Shown here: one piece after another, positions 1-10,119 of the stretch
How the letters are laid out: each line of letters opens with the position of its first letter
Numbering within the stretch: the first letter of the stretch is position 1
From: Candidatus Pacebacteria bacterium UBA6180
GTDB taxonomy: Bacteria; Patescibacteriota; Microgenomatia; UBA1400; PJMF01
Direction of reading: 5' to 3'
Length of the DNA: 64,000 bases
Assembly: GCA_002422165.1 (NCBI GenBank)
Contig: DITQ01000008.1
Location: 125,082 to 189,081, forward strand
The notes under the pieces: model-generated
The model's database searches: none
What the model was told of the DNA's origin: nothing
Seen by the model: the letters and a program-made list of their open reading frames with translations, nothing else
Made by a program: the position numbers and the translations under genes

Positions 1-1394
1 GCGTAGGTGTAAAGCATGTAGGGCCCGGAGTTGCCTTGGAGGTTGAGAATTTCTTCCCAATCGAAATTGATGTTGAGGTCAGATTTGCGCTTAAGATCAT
101 TCCATTTGAGCGCGGCGATGCCGACTGCTTCTGCCACTGCCTCATCTTTGGTGAAAGCAAGAGCTTTTTCTTTGGCCTTGGCTAAAACTTCTTGCAGCCA
201 GATGACATTGCCCTTGCGGGTAGACATTTTGCCTTCCTTGAAGCGGTAGAGGCCGTGCTTGACGTGAACTCTCTGTCCCTTGCTGTACCATCCTAGCAGT
301 TCTTCTGCTCGGTAAAGCTGCTTGAAGTAAAAGGCTTGTTCAGCACCAACTTCGTTGATAACTAGTGGTGCACTGCCATCGGCGTTTTGGTAGCGAGTAT
401 TCTCTAGACGCCACTTATCTGTCGCCAAATCTCTGGTAGCATAGAGGGTACTGCCGTCTTTTTTGGCGATCATCAGGGGGCTTAGCTCGTCGTTTGGGTA
501 GAAAATTAGAATTGCGCCTTGCTCACCAGTTTTGGCTAAGCCCTTGGCTTGCAGTTCCTCGATCAATGGCGCCAACATCGGTTCGAAAAATGACTCTCCG
601 TAACCTCGACCGTTATTTTCGGTGAAACTCACTCCCAACTGTTGATAGATTTGCTCGAATTCCTTAAATGACCAGTCGATACATTTCTGCCAGAGGCGTA
701 GCGCTTCTTCGTCACCCTGTTCTAGCTTCTGGAACCACAGGCGTGCTTCATCCTCCAGAGAGAGGTCTGACTCGGCTTCCTGATGAAATTTAACGTAGAG
801 AGCGACTAGCTCCTTGACTGGATTGCTTGATTTAGCGATCTGCTCTTCATCGCCATATTTTTTGATAGCGACGATCTGTTTGCCAAACTGCGTCCCCCAA
901 TCTCCCAGATGGTTGTCACGAAAAACCTTATATCCACTGGCTTCGAGCAGGTTGGCGATGCTGTCGCCGATGATGGTCGAACGTAAATGGCCGACAGTAA
1001 AAGGTTTGGCGATGTTAGGTGAAGAATATTCGACGATAGCGCTTTTACCTTGACCGAGGTCGGTGAAAGTGGCAGTTTTTTCTCGAGTTAAGTTTTCTAG
1101 GCTCTGTAAAAAATACTTATCAGCTAGAGTCAGATTGATGAAACCTGGTCCAGCGATGTTCAATTCTTTGATTATCTTTTGCTGATCGTGAATTTTGATT
1201 TTGTCGATCAAGCTCTGAGCCAGATCTTTAGGAGAATGGAAGCTCTCGCTCAATTTAGCGTAGGCCAACATAGCTAAATTGGTCGACAAATCACCAAAGT
1301 CAGGATTGCTCGGTTTCTCGAGTTTGATCGGTTGATCGATCTCCAAGTCAGCGGCTGCCTGGGCCAAAATATCTAAAAGTGTCTGTTTTTGCAT
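1..1394 (-). CDS. argS: Arginyl-tRNA synthetase, partial (C-terminus runs off the window start)
   Basis: Manual minus-strand translation from ATG (comp. 1392-1394): MQKQTLLDILAQAAADLEIDQPIKLEKPSNPDFGDLSTNLAM..., HIGH-region-like PFTVGHLRSTIIGD, KMSTRKG (ArgRS KMSKS variant). Open with no stop to position 1; absent from the ORF track because it lacks a stop in the window. Confidence 0.8.
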   Translation of the reverse strand, partial: MQKQTLLDILAQAAADLEIDQPIKLEKPSNPDFGDLSTNLAMLAYAKLSESFHSPKDLAQSLIDKIKIHDQQKIIKELNIAGPGFINLTLADKYFLQSLENLTREKTATFTDLGQGKSAIVEYSSPNIAKPFTVGHLRSTIIGDSIANLLEASGYKVFRDNHLGDWGTQFGKQIVAIKKYGDEEQIAKSSNPVKELVALYVKFHQEAESDLSLEDEARLWFQKLEQGDEEALRLWQKCIDWSFKEFEQIYQQLGVSFTENNGRGYGESFFEPMLAPLIEELQAKGLAKTGEQGAILIFYPNDELSPLMIAKKDGSTLYATRDLATDKWRLENTRYQNADGSAPLVINEVGAEQAFYFKQLYRAEELLGWYSKGQRVHVKHGLYRFKEGKMSTRKGNVIWLQEVLAKAKEKALAFTKDEAVAEAVGIAALKWNDLKRKSDLNINFDWEEILNLQGNSGPYMLYTY

Positions 1395-1448
1395 GAGCTG
1401 TCTTAGATTCTAGCATAACTCGGGGATTAATTCGCTTCGACTAGATGA

Positions 1449-2972
1449 TTAAAGCTCAGCAGATTTGGGTAGAAAGATGAAAAATCTGCCCTCTCCGTCA
1501 CTACCATTGATAACCTGATTAGCTTGGTGCTCCCCCATGTCATCAAATTTACTGGCTACGACAATGGTGTGAGGTTTTTCTAAATCACTCTGATTAATTT
1601 GATCGGCAAAGAAAAAGAGGTTAAGAATGCCGCCATGGTAAGCAATCGGACTCAATTCAAAAGCAAATAAGGCGTAAATATAAGGGTGTTGATAGTCGCT
1701 AGTAAAAACTATTTGGTCAACTCCCGAGCGATCCATTTGCTTTAGGTAGTGAAAAGTTTCTAAGTAAGCATCGACAAAATCGTCACTACTGCGCAATGGG
1801 TAATCTTGATAATAATGACGCAAGTAAAAGCCGGTAATTAGCAAATAAGCACCAAGTACCAAGCTCGTAAATAGGGCTCGCTGACCATTGAGTGCTTGCC
1901 AAATGGCCCGAAAAGCCAAAACCACCCAGAGAATAATGCCTGGTAGAGCCAGTAAACTACGGTTACTACTTGCCAAGCCTTCGGAAATTACAGCCGGCAA
2001 GAAGCCTAAAACCGTCATTGCTAAGGCTAGGATGAACAAAGCTTTATCTTTGTGTCGCCAAAAAAGGTAGCAAATCATCAAGACAAGAGAAAGTGGCTCT
2101 AAGACACCGAAGCGACCGTCGCCGTGGCGAAAATTACCCAAGTTTTTGCCAAAAATTAGGAAGTCAAGCGACAAATAACTCAGGCTATTATTCAGAAAAA
2201 CAACTGAGGTTTCCAATAAGCCCTGATTAGTAGCAAAAATAGTTGAGCTGGCTCTGGTTAAACCTTGAGCAAACAAGGCATCGTGAATAAAAGGAGCCAA
2301 AAGCAATAAACCCCAAAATCCTGCCCAGATGAGTTGTGATAATCTCCCGCGCAGTAGAGGCCAGTAAGCAAAAAGCAAAAAAATAAACAGAAGCGGCGTA
2401 GTAACCTTACTACTGTGATAGGCATAAAAAGTTAGTGAAGCCAGAGAAACCGCCAAAAGTAAGTTGCCAATTTTCGCCAAGCGCAAATAGCGATAGAAAA
2501 AGTAAAGTGCAAAAAGTAACAAATTGAGCGCTAAGCCAGATTCGAAAGCCAAGCGGCTGTAATGTATGTGCCAAGGGGAGATCGCCAATAAGAATGCAGC
2601 TAAAAGCGCCCACTTATGACGGTGGCGATCGCGACTAAAGACCTCACCAAAGAGCAAATAAATCCCTAAAACTGCCAAGACACCGTGTACTGCAAAAGGC
2701 AAGCGCACCGCCCACAAATTCATCCCAAAAAGTGCGGTTGCTAAGCCACTCTGATAAATGGCCAACGGCGCCTTGTAATCGCCAAAGGAACGAAAACTCA
2801 CTGGCAATCTCTCTAGCCACTCATCGCGCCTGGTGTTAAAAATTGCAAAGCCATTGTAGCCGATGGCTGCCTCATCCCAAGCCATGCCCATAGGCACTTT
2901 GCCCAGCTGATAAAATCTTAGCCCACAAGCCAGCAATAAAACCAGGGCTAGAGGAATGATTTTTTTGAGCAT
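1449..2972 (-). CDS. GT-C fold membrane glycosyltransferase, PMT/ArnT-like (GT39/GT83-type, PMT_2-like)
   Basis: Multi-TM protein. N-terminal loop motif RFYQLG...WDEAAIGYNGFAI...RDEWLERLP...FGDYKAPL, i.e. the DE motif of polyprenyl-P-sugar dependent GT-C enzymes. Paralogous to 11694-13340, 13333-14877 and 14867-16540. Confidence 0.75.
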   Translation of the reverse strand: MLKKIIPLALVLLLACGLRFYQLGKVPMGMAWDEAAIGYNGFAIFNTRRDEWLERLPVSFRSFGDYKAPLAIYQSGLATALFGMNLWAVRLPFAVHGVLAVLGIYLLFGEVFSRDRHRHKWALLAAFLLAISPWHIHYSRLAFESGLALNLLLFALYFFYRYLRLAKIGNLLLAVSLASLTFYAYHSSKVTTPLLFIFLLFAYWPLLRGRLSQLIWAGFWGLLLLAPFIHDALFAQGLTRASSTIFATNQGLLETSVVFLNNSLSYLSLDFLIFGKNLGNFRHGDGRFGVLEPLSLVLMICYLFWRHKDKALFILALAMTVLGFLPAVISEGLASSNRSLLALPGIILWVVLAFRAIWQALNGQRALFTSLVLGAYLLITGFYLRHYYQDYPLRSSDDFVDAYLETFHYLKQMDRSGVDQIVFTSDYQHPYIYALFAFELSPIAYHGGILNLFFFADQINQSDLEKPHTIVVASKFDDMGEHQANQVINGSDGEGRFFIFLPKSAEL

Positions 2973-2988
2973 TTTTTGATTTGATTTC

Positions 2989-3852
2989 TCAACGCATCTT
3001 AATAAACCAATAAGGCTGCCAAAGTAAAAATGCTAGTTTCTGCCAAAAATTAGCATTTTTCCAAGTAAATTTTTTGGCATTGCGCCAACTAATCTCACGA
3101 ATTTTCTTCTCACCAAAAACACTCTGGTTGGTAGTTTCGTGATTGTGATCAACTTGAGCCCGAGGTTCAAATAAAACCAAGTAGCCTCTTTTTTTTGCTT
3201 GATAAGAAAGATCGATGTCTTCCCAGTAGGCTGGATAGTAGCGCTTGTCGAAGCCGCCAATTTCTTCAAAAAAAGACTTGCGAAACATGGCACTGCCACC
3301 GCTTGCCCAGGCAGTCTCACCAGCCGACATATCTTGGTGACGACTGTGCAAAAACATGCCACGCTCAAACCATAGTATATTGCGTCCACCAATCTCGCCC
3401 AGGTGGGTTTCGTGTTCGAGACAACCCACCGCAAAAACCCTCGGCTGTTCGAAGTTCAAGAGCAAAAATTTAAGACAATCTCGATGAGGAGCGACATCAT
3501 TGTTAATGAGAAAAACCAATTCGTTTCTAGCAATCTGGAACCCACGATTGGCCGAAGCGCCAAAGCGCTGATTTTCATGATTGATAAGTAGAATGACTTC
3601 AATTTTTTTGGAATTTTTTTGGTAGCTACCAAGGTAGTAATCAACTGCAAAATCTGCAAAAGGTTTTTGCTTGACTTTGAAATTTTGTTTAAACCAAGCT
3701 AAAGTGTCGTCTTCTGGGCCGCTAGCATCATCAATCACAATCAGCTCATCGCCATCACGCATGCAGTCAAAAACTGCTGCTAAATTCTTTTTGTAAAGGT
3801 GAACTCCTCGGTAGCTTGGAATGATGACTGAGACTTGGATTGAGTGAGACAT
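2989..3852 (-). CDS. Glycosyltransferase family 2
   Basis: VSVIIPSYRG...LIVIDDASGPEDDT with DxD-like region; typical GT-A/GT2 N-terminus. Confidence 0.7.
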   Translation of the reverse strand: MSHSIQVSVIIPSYRGVHLYKKNLAAVFDCMRDGDELIVIDDASGPEDDTLAWFKQNFKVKQKPFADFAVDYYLGSYQKNSKKIEVILLINHENQRFGASANRGFQIARNELVFLINNDVAPHRDCLKFLLLNFEQPRVFAVGCLEHETHLGEIGGRNILWFERGMFLHSRHQDMSAGETAWASGGSAMFRKSFFEEIGGFDKRYYPAYWEDIDLSYQAKKRGYLVLFEPRAQVDHNHETTNQSVFGEKKIREISWRNAKKFTWKNANFWQKLAFLLWQPYWFIKMR

Positions 3853-4953
3853 TTACTTGTCCAGCATGGTTAATAAAATTTTATTAAACTTGTCCTTGGA
3901 AAATTCTTGACTGCGAATTTTCACTTTTTGTGCCAAGGCTGTAAGCTTAGTTTTATTTTTGATCAAACCTAGAGTTTTGGCAAGACATGCGTCTTCCTCA
4001 TCCCACATGCAATCTTGTAATTTTGAACCTAAAATTTCTTTTTGACCACCTTTGTTAATCACCACTGGCACCACTCCTGCCGCCATGGCTTCCAGAGTAG
4101 AGATACCAAAATGCTCAGCTTTTTCTGGTTCGACATTCTCATCGATACCGTAGCCTGTAGCGTGCCAATAAATGCTTGCTCGCTGGTAATAATCAAGCAA
4201 GAGACCGCGATCAGCGTCATGAATTAGAGTAATTTTGAATTCACCAACTTGCGCCGCCACTTGATTAGCAAAATCTTGGTCCTCAGCTCTACCAATTAAA
4301 ATTAGCTCCCAGTTTTTCATGTCCTTTGGAGCAGTTTTAACTAATTTTTTAAAAAATTCCACAAGAACGTCCTGACGCTTGCTGTGCAGCTGACGAAAAA
4401 AGCGACCAACTGATAAAATCATTTGCTCTTTATGTGGTGGTTTTTCTAGGGGAGGCAGTTCCACATAGGGCTGGTGAACATAATCAATTTTGGTTCGCCA
4501 ATATTTTTCAATATAGTTCTTGGTGAAGTATGAGTTGGTATTTTTGACTGACCAATTAGCCAACTTGAGTTTTTCCAAGAAAGAAGATTTATCGAGAGGC
4601 AGCGGTACTTGGATGTGCAAAATATTTTTCTTGGCCAAAGAGAAAAAAAGGCTGCCATCGGTTTGATAATAAAGGCAATCAAATTGTCTAGTCCACAATA
4701 ATTTTTTTAAAAGATTGCTGCTTGTAAAAAGTGGCGTAGCGATAAACTCAATTCCCACCAAAGAACAGTCTAAAAACTGCTCATATTTACCTCTCATTTC
4801 TGTTGCCTCATCTAAACTTAGATCCTGAGTGTCACTAACTGCGATAAAAACCTGATGTCCTGCGGCAGCGGCTAGTCTGGCGCAGTCAAGCATGTATTTT
4901 TCACCACCCCCAGTATGCTTGGGCAAATAAGGTGAGTAAAAAGCAATTTTCAT
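3853..4953 (-). CDS. Glycosyltransferase family 4 (GT-B, retaining)
   Basis: C-terminal EX7E-type motif EHFGISTLEAMAAGVVPVVINKGGQKEIL. Confidence 0.75.
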   Translation of the reverse strand: MKIAFYSPYLPKHTGGGEKYMLDCARLAAAAGHQVFIAVSDTQDLSLDEATEMRGKYEQFLDCSLVGIEFIATPLFTSSNLLKKLLWTRQFDCLYYQTDGSLFFSLAKKNILHIQVPLPLDKSSFLEKLKLANWSVKNTNSYFTKNYIEKYWRTKIDYVHQPYVELPPLEKPPHKEQMILSVGRFFRQLHSKRQDVLVEFFKKLVKTAPKDMKNWELILIGRAEDQDFANQVAAQVGEFKITLIHDADRGLLLDYYQRASIYWHATGYGIDENVEPEKAEHFGISTLEAMAAGVVPVVINKGGQKEILGSKLQDCMWDEEDACLAKTLGLIKNKTKLTALAQKVKIRSQEFSKDKFNKILLTMLDK

Positions 4954-5774
4954 CTAAGCTTGCCTTCCTCGCGCCAAAGTTTCTTGATTGCTTGTTCTTC
5001 TTTTTCGTAACGCGCTTGGAGACTTGGTTTTTGTTGCAATTCCCAAACCTGAATGTAAACAATCATTCTATTCATGGCTTGCACTAGAGCTTCAATTAGA
5101 CCGGCCATGCCGTCTTTGTAGCCCTGATGTTTGAAGGCACGGCGATAAAACTCCATGACGCCTTTACGCAAAATTAGCGGCAAAGAAATTTTGCGCACTG
5201 TCGCTGCCTCTAAAGCTTTGGCTTCCTTAATCGTCCAATCAGCACTCTTGCGCAAATTATCCCGAGTGTTGCGGTGAGTTAGATGAAGCATTTTGTGCTG
5301 CAAACGCAATGCCTCACCAGTAAAAATAGGGCTTTCGTGAATTTCTCCTTGCCAACCAAGAAGTGCAGTTTTGTGAAATACTCTAGTTACTAAGTCATTT
5401 TGCCAATTACCATAAGCAAAGCGTTGCCCATAACAAACATTTTCGCGATTAATGGTCATTGCTCGAACGTCGTCTTGCTCTATATGCAACAGAATTTCTT
5501 TGGCTAGGGCTGGAGTAACTCGCTCATCAGCATCGATGTAAAAAAGCCAGTCAGTCTCGACTAATGAAGCAGCTTTCTCGCGCAATTTAGCAAAAGATTC
5601 ATGGCTAAAGCTGACCACTTTACAACCATAGTGTTCGGCAATTTTGCCAGTTCGGTCAGTTGAGCCAGTGTCAAGCACTATGATATTTTGACAGAAGCTT
5701 AAAGTATCTAAGCAGGCCTCCAACATCTGCCCTTCATTTTTAGCGATAATAACTGCACTTAAATTTGATTTCAT
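4950..5774 (-). CDS. Glycosyltransferase family 2
   Basis: AVIIAKNEGQMLEACLDTL...IIVLDTGSTDRT...FYIDADE (GT2 DxD). Confidence 0.7.
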   Translation of the reverse strand: MKSNLSAVIIAKNEGQMLEACLDTLSFCQNIIVLDTGSTDRTGKIAEHYGCKVVSFSHESFAKLREKAASLVETDWLFYIDADERVTPALAKEILLHIEQDDVRAMTINRENVCYGQRFAYGNWQNDLVTRVFHKTALLGWQGEIHESPIFTGEALRLQHKMLHLTHRNTRDNLRKSADWTIKEAKALEAATVRKISLPLILRKGVMEFYRRAFKHQGYKDGMAGLIEALVQAMNRMIVYIQVWELQQKPSLQARYEKEEQAIKKLWREEGKLR

Positions 5775-5786
5775 AATTTTAAAATT

Positions 5787-6710
5787 CTAGACTACCGCTT
5801 GCTTGCCCATTCTTCCGATAAAAACATCAATGACTGCCTTGCGCTCGCTACGACTACCACCCAGCAAACTATTAAGAGCCAATCGCAGTGCAGTTAATTT
5901 GTAGCGCCAAGGAGCATGACGCATAGCCAAAAAAATACGATTGCGGGTCTGATAATATTGCTGCAAGGTAGAGCCAGCTCCTCCAGACGAACGACCAATT
6001 TTATGGTAAACCACTGAGCTTGGACAATAAACTACTTTGAGCCCAGCCTCTTTTACTCTGAGACTAAAATCAACGTCTTCACTATAAAGAAAATAGCGGT
6101 CATCAAGACGACCCACTCGCTCAATCACCTCTCGACTAATCAGGGTGACACAACCAGTAGCATAGTCCGTCTCTATAATCTGGTCGAAGTGGCCACGATC
6201 TACTTCATCAATACCAATGTGATAAGAAAGTAGATTGGTCCAATCAACTTTACCGCCCACATACCAGAGAACTTTATGCCTCTCTGCTTCTTTATAGGAA
6301 TCATTAAAATATTCGAAACCACGGTGAAAATATATTTTTGGAGCAACAAGACCAATTTTTGGATCTTTCTTAGCTAAATTGTAGAGTTCTTGCAAAAATT
6401 CATTGTCCACGATCGTGTCAGAGTTGAGTAGCAAATAATAATCACTATCGTAAGTATCGATGGCGTGTTGAATGCCTAAATTGTTGCCACCAGAAAACCC
6501 CAAGTTACCGTCACTTAGCAGAAGTTCTACTTTGGGATTTTTTTGCAAAAAATCTTGACTAAATTTCAAAGTATCTTTAGAGCCGTTGTCAACCACAATG
6601 ATTTTGTAGTCAAAAGCAAAATGCTTAAGATCGGCCAAGGACTTGATCGCAGCCTTGGTCTCCTCTGGGGTATTGTAATTAACTATGATGATGGAAATAT
6701 GATTGGTCAT
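5787..6710 (-). CDS. Glycosyltransferase family 2 (rhamnosyltransferase-like)
   Basis: ISIIIVNYNTPEET...IIVVDNGSKD...LLNSDT...DDRYFLYSEDVDFSLR motifs. Confidence 0.7.
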   Translation of the reverse strand: MTNHISIIIVNYNTPEETKAAIKSLADLKHFAFDYKIIVVDNGSKDTLKFSQDFLQKNPKVELLLSDGNLGFSGGNNLGIQHAIDTYDSDYYLLLNSDTIVDNEFLQELYNLAKKDPKIGLVAPKIYFHRGFEYFNDSYKEAERHKVLWYVGGKVDWTNLLSYHIGIDEVDRGHFDQIIETDYATGCVTLISREVIERVGRLDDRYFLYSEDVDFSLRVKEAGLKVVYCPSSVVYHKIGRSSGGAGSTLQQYYQTRNRIFLAMRHAPWRYKLTALRLALNSLLGGSRSERKAVIDVFIGRMGKQAVV

Positions 6711-7630
6711 AATCTAAATTTTCTACGAAATGTAGCAAGCAACTTTCGCCAACCCTTGCTTTCTCGCGCCTCCAAATCTCTTACCCAATAGTTTAAATCT
6801 TTTTGGAAACGTCGCAAGTCGGCAAGAACCTTTTCTGGATGGCTAGTTTCCAGGGCAGCATCATTGCCCAGCAGGTCAAAAATTTTCATTTGCACAGTCA
6901 TCTGATAAGCAGCCTGCATAGCACTCATGTAAAAGCCGCGCGCACCATCCAGATAGCCTTGCTTCTGGAAAAATCTGCGCAAAAAATCATCGCTGAAAGC
7001 TTGCAGTAACGTGGAATTGCTAATAATGAAGTCTTTGGCCAAGATTTGGCTTTTCTGCTCTGCCTCAATGTCGGTGTAGCGATCAAAACGAGCCAAATAA
7101 TCCTTGGTGTCATCGTAATTGTGGTGCAAAATGGCCAATTCTTCTTCAGCTGGCAGAATTTCAGCTTCTTTTTTGGCGGCAATAATTGGTCGAGAGTGAA
7201 TGGCCTCTGACCAACTGACCAGCCCACGCTTGAAAAAACGCAGTTGATAATCTGGCCACCAACCTGTGTGTTGCATCCAATAGCCACTGACTATATTTTT
7301 GCGTGGTAGATAAAAAGCTTGAGATCCATCTAGTTTGGTCAGATCTTTTAGCTTGGTGGCCAGAGTGGGTGGAATTTCCTCATCGCCATCTAACACCAGG
7401 GTCCAGTCTTGCGTCGCTTTTTCTAGGGCAAAATTACGGACTGGCTCGACAAAACGGCTGTCTTGAGGATATTCATAAATTTTACTGCAATATTTTTTGG
7501 CTAATTTGACTGTCTCATCTGTGCTTTTGATGTCCACTAAAATTATTTCTTTAGCAAATTGTACGGACTCCAAAATACGAACAATGGTTTTCTTAGAATT
7601 CTTACTGATAACAACTACTGAAATAGACAT
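6707..7630 (-). CDS. Glycosyltransferase family 2
   Basis: MSISVVVISKNSKKTIVRILESV...ILVDIKSTDET...VLDGDEE. Start moved to the ATG at comp. 7628-7630 (M11 of the track ORF), which better fits the divergent neighbour. Confidence 0.65.
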   Translation of the reverse strand: MSISVVVISKNSKKTIVRILESVQFAKEIILVDIKSTDETVKLAKKYCSKIYEYPQDSRFVEPVRNFALEKATQDWTLVLDGDEEIPPTLATKLKDLTKLDGSQAFYLPRKNIVSGYWMQHTGWWPDYQLRFFKRGLVSWSEAIHSRPIIAAKKEAEILPAEEELAILHHNYDDTKDYLARFDRYTDIEAEQKSQILAKDFIISNSTLLQAFSDDFLRRFFQKQGYLDGARGFYMSAMQAAYQMTVQMKIFDLLGNDAALETSHPEKVLADLRRFQKDLNYWVRDLEARESKGWRKLLATFRRKFRL

Positions 7631-7639
7631 ATTAATAGT

Positions 7640-8386
7640 ATGATAGCAGTTGTCATGCAAAAACTTAAGTCTCTGTCTGTTTTCTTCCCTGTTTACAACG
7701 AAGAAGCAAATCTAGAAATTTTAATTGATCAAGCTGCTCGCATCATCCCTACTCTAGCTAAAAAATACGAATTGTTGATTGTCGACGATGGTAGTTTAGA
7801 TCAAAGTGCCACCATTGCCAAACGCCTATGTAAAAAATATTCTCAAGTGCACTTAATTTCACACCCTCAAAATTTGGGTTACGGAGAAGTGCTTAAAACT
7901 GGTATCAAAAAGGCACAATACCAATGGATTTTCTGGACTGACAGTGATTTGCAATTTGATCTAAACGAGTTAGCGCATTTCGTGAAAGCCAGTCAAAATT
8001 CTTCGGCGATGATCGGTTTTCGAAAGAAAAGGTCTGAGGGCTTACGAAGACAATTAAACGCCAGTCTTTTCAAAATTTACATCGACCTATTGTTTCGTTT
8101 GCACGTCAAAGATATTGATTGTGCCTTTAAATTAATTCGTGCTGATTTATTAAAATCTCTAAAACTCAATTCTGGCAGTGCCTTTACTAGTGCTGAGATT
8201 CTCTATCGACTCAAGAAAAAAGGTGTGAAATTCAAGCAAATTGGAGTCAACCACTACCCACGTCTCTACGGCCGAGCAACAGGCTCCAACTTCAAAGTTG
8301 TCATCAAGGCTTGCTACGAAGCACTGACTACATATTTAAATATCAAGCTCTCTTCTCTAAAATGGACTGAGGAAGCCAAAAAATGA
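7640..8386 (+). CDS. Dpm1/ArnC-like GT2 (polyprenyl-phosphate sugar synthase-like), soluble
   Basis: LSVFFPVYNEEANLEIL...LLIVDDGSLDQSATIAKRL...TDSDLQFD. Immediately upstream of, and overlapping, a GT-C gene. Alternative start at 7655. Confidence 0.7.
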   Translation: MIAVVMQKLKSLSVFFPVYNEEANLEILIDQAARIIPTLAKKYELLIVDDGSLDQSATIAKRLCKKYSQVHLISHPQNLGYGEVLKTGIKKAQYQWIFWTDSDLQFDLNELAHFVKASQNSSAMIGFRKKRSEGLRRQLNASLFKIYIDLLFRLHVKDIDCAFKLIRADLLKSLKLNSGSAFTSAEILYRLKKKGVKFKQIGVNHYPRLYGRATGSNFKVVIKACYEALTTYLNIKLSSLKWTEEAKK

Positions 8387-10119
8387 TACAGTTTTTCAAT
8401 CAACTTTCTGAGCTAGTCAAAACTTGGCTAATTTTTTGTATCTTGTTTTTGATTTTATTGGCCAGCAGTTATGCTTTGCTTCATCCTAGTTTTTTTCACC
8501 TACATGATTTTACCCACGCGGCGCGTATTGCCGAAATGGTTCGTGGCTTAGACGCTGGGCAATTACCAGTACGCTGGAGTGAGAACTTTGGTTATGGTTT
8601 TGGCATGCCTTTGTTCAACTTCTACGCTCCATTACCTTACTTTGTTGGAGCTTTGTTTTATAAAGTTGGCTTTTCCCTACTTGCTAGCATCAAATTGCTT
8701 TATTTATTAACAGGCGCCTTGACCATAATAAGTTCTTATTTGCTTGGTCGCCAACTTTTGGGACGACTAGGAGGTCTCGTTCTAGCTGCGGCCTACACCT
8801 TGGCGCCATATCGCGCCCTCAATTTGTTCGTCAGAGGTGCTCTAAGCGAAGCGCTTGCCATGTCTTTTCTACCAGTCGTACTTTGGGCAATCGTCGCTTT
8901 TAGCAAGAAGCAAGACAAAAAATATTTGTTCTTTTTGGTTTTGTCACTTTTTGGCATTATCTTGTCGCACAACCTAACAGCCTTGATTTTTATTCCGCTA
9001 GCGGCTTTGTTTACTTTTTTGTACTTATGGCGCTTAGATCGCTTAAAATTGCTCTGGCCAATCGCTGGTCAATTTATCTTGGCAGCGGCACTAAGTGCTT
9101 TTTACATGCTGCCAGCTTTATTGGAAAAAAATGACACCGTGATTGAGCGAATTTTTGCTGGTTATTTCCATTATTCTCACCACTTCCTCTACCTGCGACA
9201 GTTTTTTCAAGACAACTGGGCCTATGGTGGTTCAGGCTGGGGGCCAGGGGACGATGTTTCTTTTTTTCTTGGCTTTGGACAACTTAGCGGCTTATTGGTT
9301 TTGATGGTTTTATTGTTAGGCAAACTGAGACGAGGCCTGTTAACTCTCACTCGGCGCAAGGAGTTCTTTTTATTGGTAACCATTGGCTTAATGTTGATCT
9401 TTAGCTTACTAATGAGCACTTTCAAAACTCAATGGCTCTGGGATCGTGTCAGTTTGCTACAATTCATCCAGTTTCCTTGGAGGTTTTTGTCAGCTGCCTC
9501 GCTTTTTGTCGCCATATTAGTTGCCTTTAATTTTGCTTGGCTGCGTGGTTTTGGCAAACGCTTGATTTTAGCCTTGATCTTGCTGGTTTTGTTGTTTACT
9601 AACGCTCGTTATTTCCAACCAGAGAAGTACTTAGATAATGCCGCTGCTCTCTACTATGGTGAACCAGAGAGAATTCGAAATGAAATGAGCGAAATCTTAC
9701 CAGATTATATTCCGAAACAAATGCCTGAGGAAAAAGTTCTGCGAGAAAAAAATCAGGAACTACCAGCGCTTTGGTTAAATAATGAAATGTATACGAAAAA
9801 TGACGACGACAAATTAGAAATAATGCTTGATCGCGGTTTTGAAAAAATGGCCCTAATTGATTCTGGCCAAGAGCAAATCTTGAATTTCAAAGTCGCCTAT
9901 TTTCCTGGTTGGCAAGCTGAAGTTGATGGTCAAAGCCAGGAAATTTTAGTTAGTGAAAGCTTGGGTAACATTCAAGTGCGTGTGCCAAAGGGCGAACATA
10001 AAGTGGTAATTTATTTTAGTGAGCAGACGCCTGCTCGAATTTGGGGAGATGCTATTTCTCTCTTAGCCTTGTTGATCTGTTTTTATTACTTCGCTCCATT
10101 TGCCAAAAACAAAAAATAA
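8383..10119 (+). CDS. GT-C superfamily membrane protein, YfhO/PTPS-related-like (putative glycosyltransferase)
   Basis: About 13 TM segments. N-terminal motif HLHDFTHAARIAEMVRGLDAGQLPVRWSENFGYGFGMPLFNFYAPLPYF, shared with the 10052-11701 paralog. Confidence 0.55.
   Translation: MIQFFNQLSELVKTWLIFCILFLILLASSYALLHPSFFHLHDFTHAARIAEMVRGLDAGQLPVRWSENFGYGFGMPLFNFYAPLPYFVGALFYKVGFSLLASIKLLYLLTGALTIISSYLLGRQLLGRLGGLVLAAAYTLAPYRALNLFVRGALSEALAMSFLPVVLWAIVAFSKKQDKKYLFFLVLSLFGIILSHNLTALIFIPLAALFTFLYLWRLDRLKLLWPIAGQFILAAALSAFYMLPALLEKNDTVIERIFAGYFHYSHHFLYLRQFFQDNWAYGGSGWGPGDDVSFFLGFGQLSGLLVLMVLLLGKLRRGLLTLTRRKEFFLLVTIGLMLIFSLLMSTFKTQWLWDRVSLLQFIQFPWRFLSAASLFVAILVAFNFAWLRGFGKRLILALILLVLLFTNARYFQPEKYLDNAAALYYGEPERIRNEMSEILPDYIPKQMPEEKVLREKNQELPALWLNNEMYTKNDDDKLEIMLDRGFEKMALIDSGQEQILNFKVAYFPGWQAEVDGQSQEILVSESLGNIQVRVPKGEHKVVIYFSEQTPARIWGDAISLLALLICFYYFAPFAKNKK

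Noticed and set aside
31-1053. Track ORFs 31-249 (+) and 814-1053 (+)
   Set aside because: They lie antisense inside the much longer, motif-rich argS reading frame (HIGH and KMSTRKG motifs on the minus strand); shadow ORFs.
1888-4682. Internal or antisense small ORFs within the GT-C/GT2/GT4 genes (1888-2070, 2410-2613, 3033-3434, 3195-3473, 3403-3591, 3456-3659, 4042-4227, 4446-4682)
   Set aside because: All are embedded in, or antisense to, long ORFs with clear glycosyltransferase motifs and have no independent signals.
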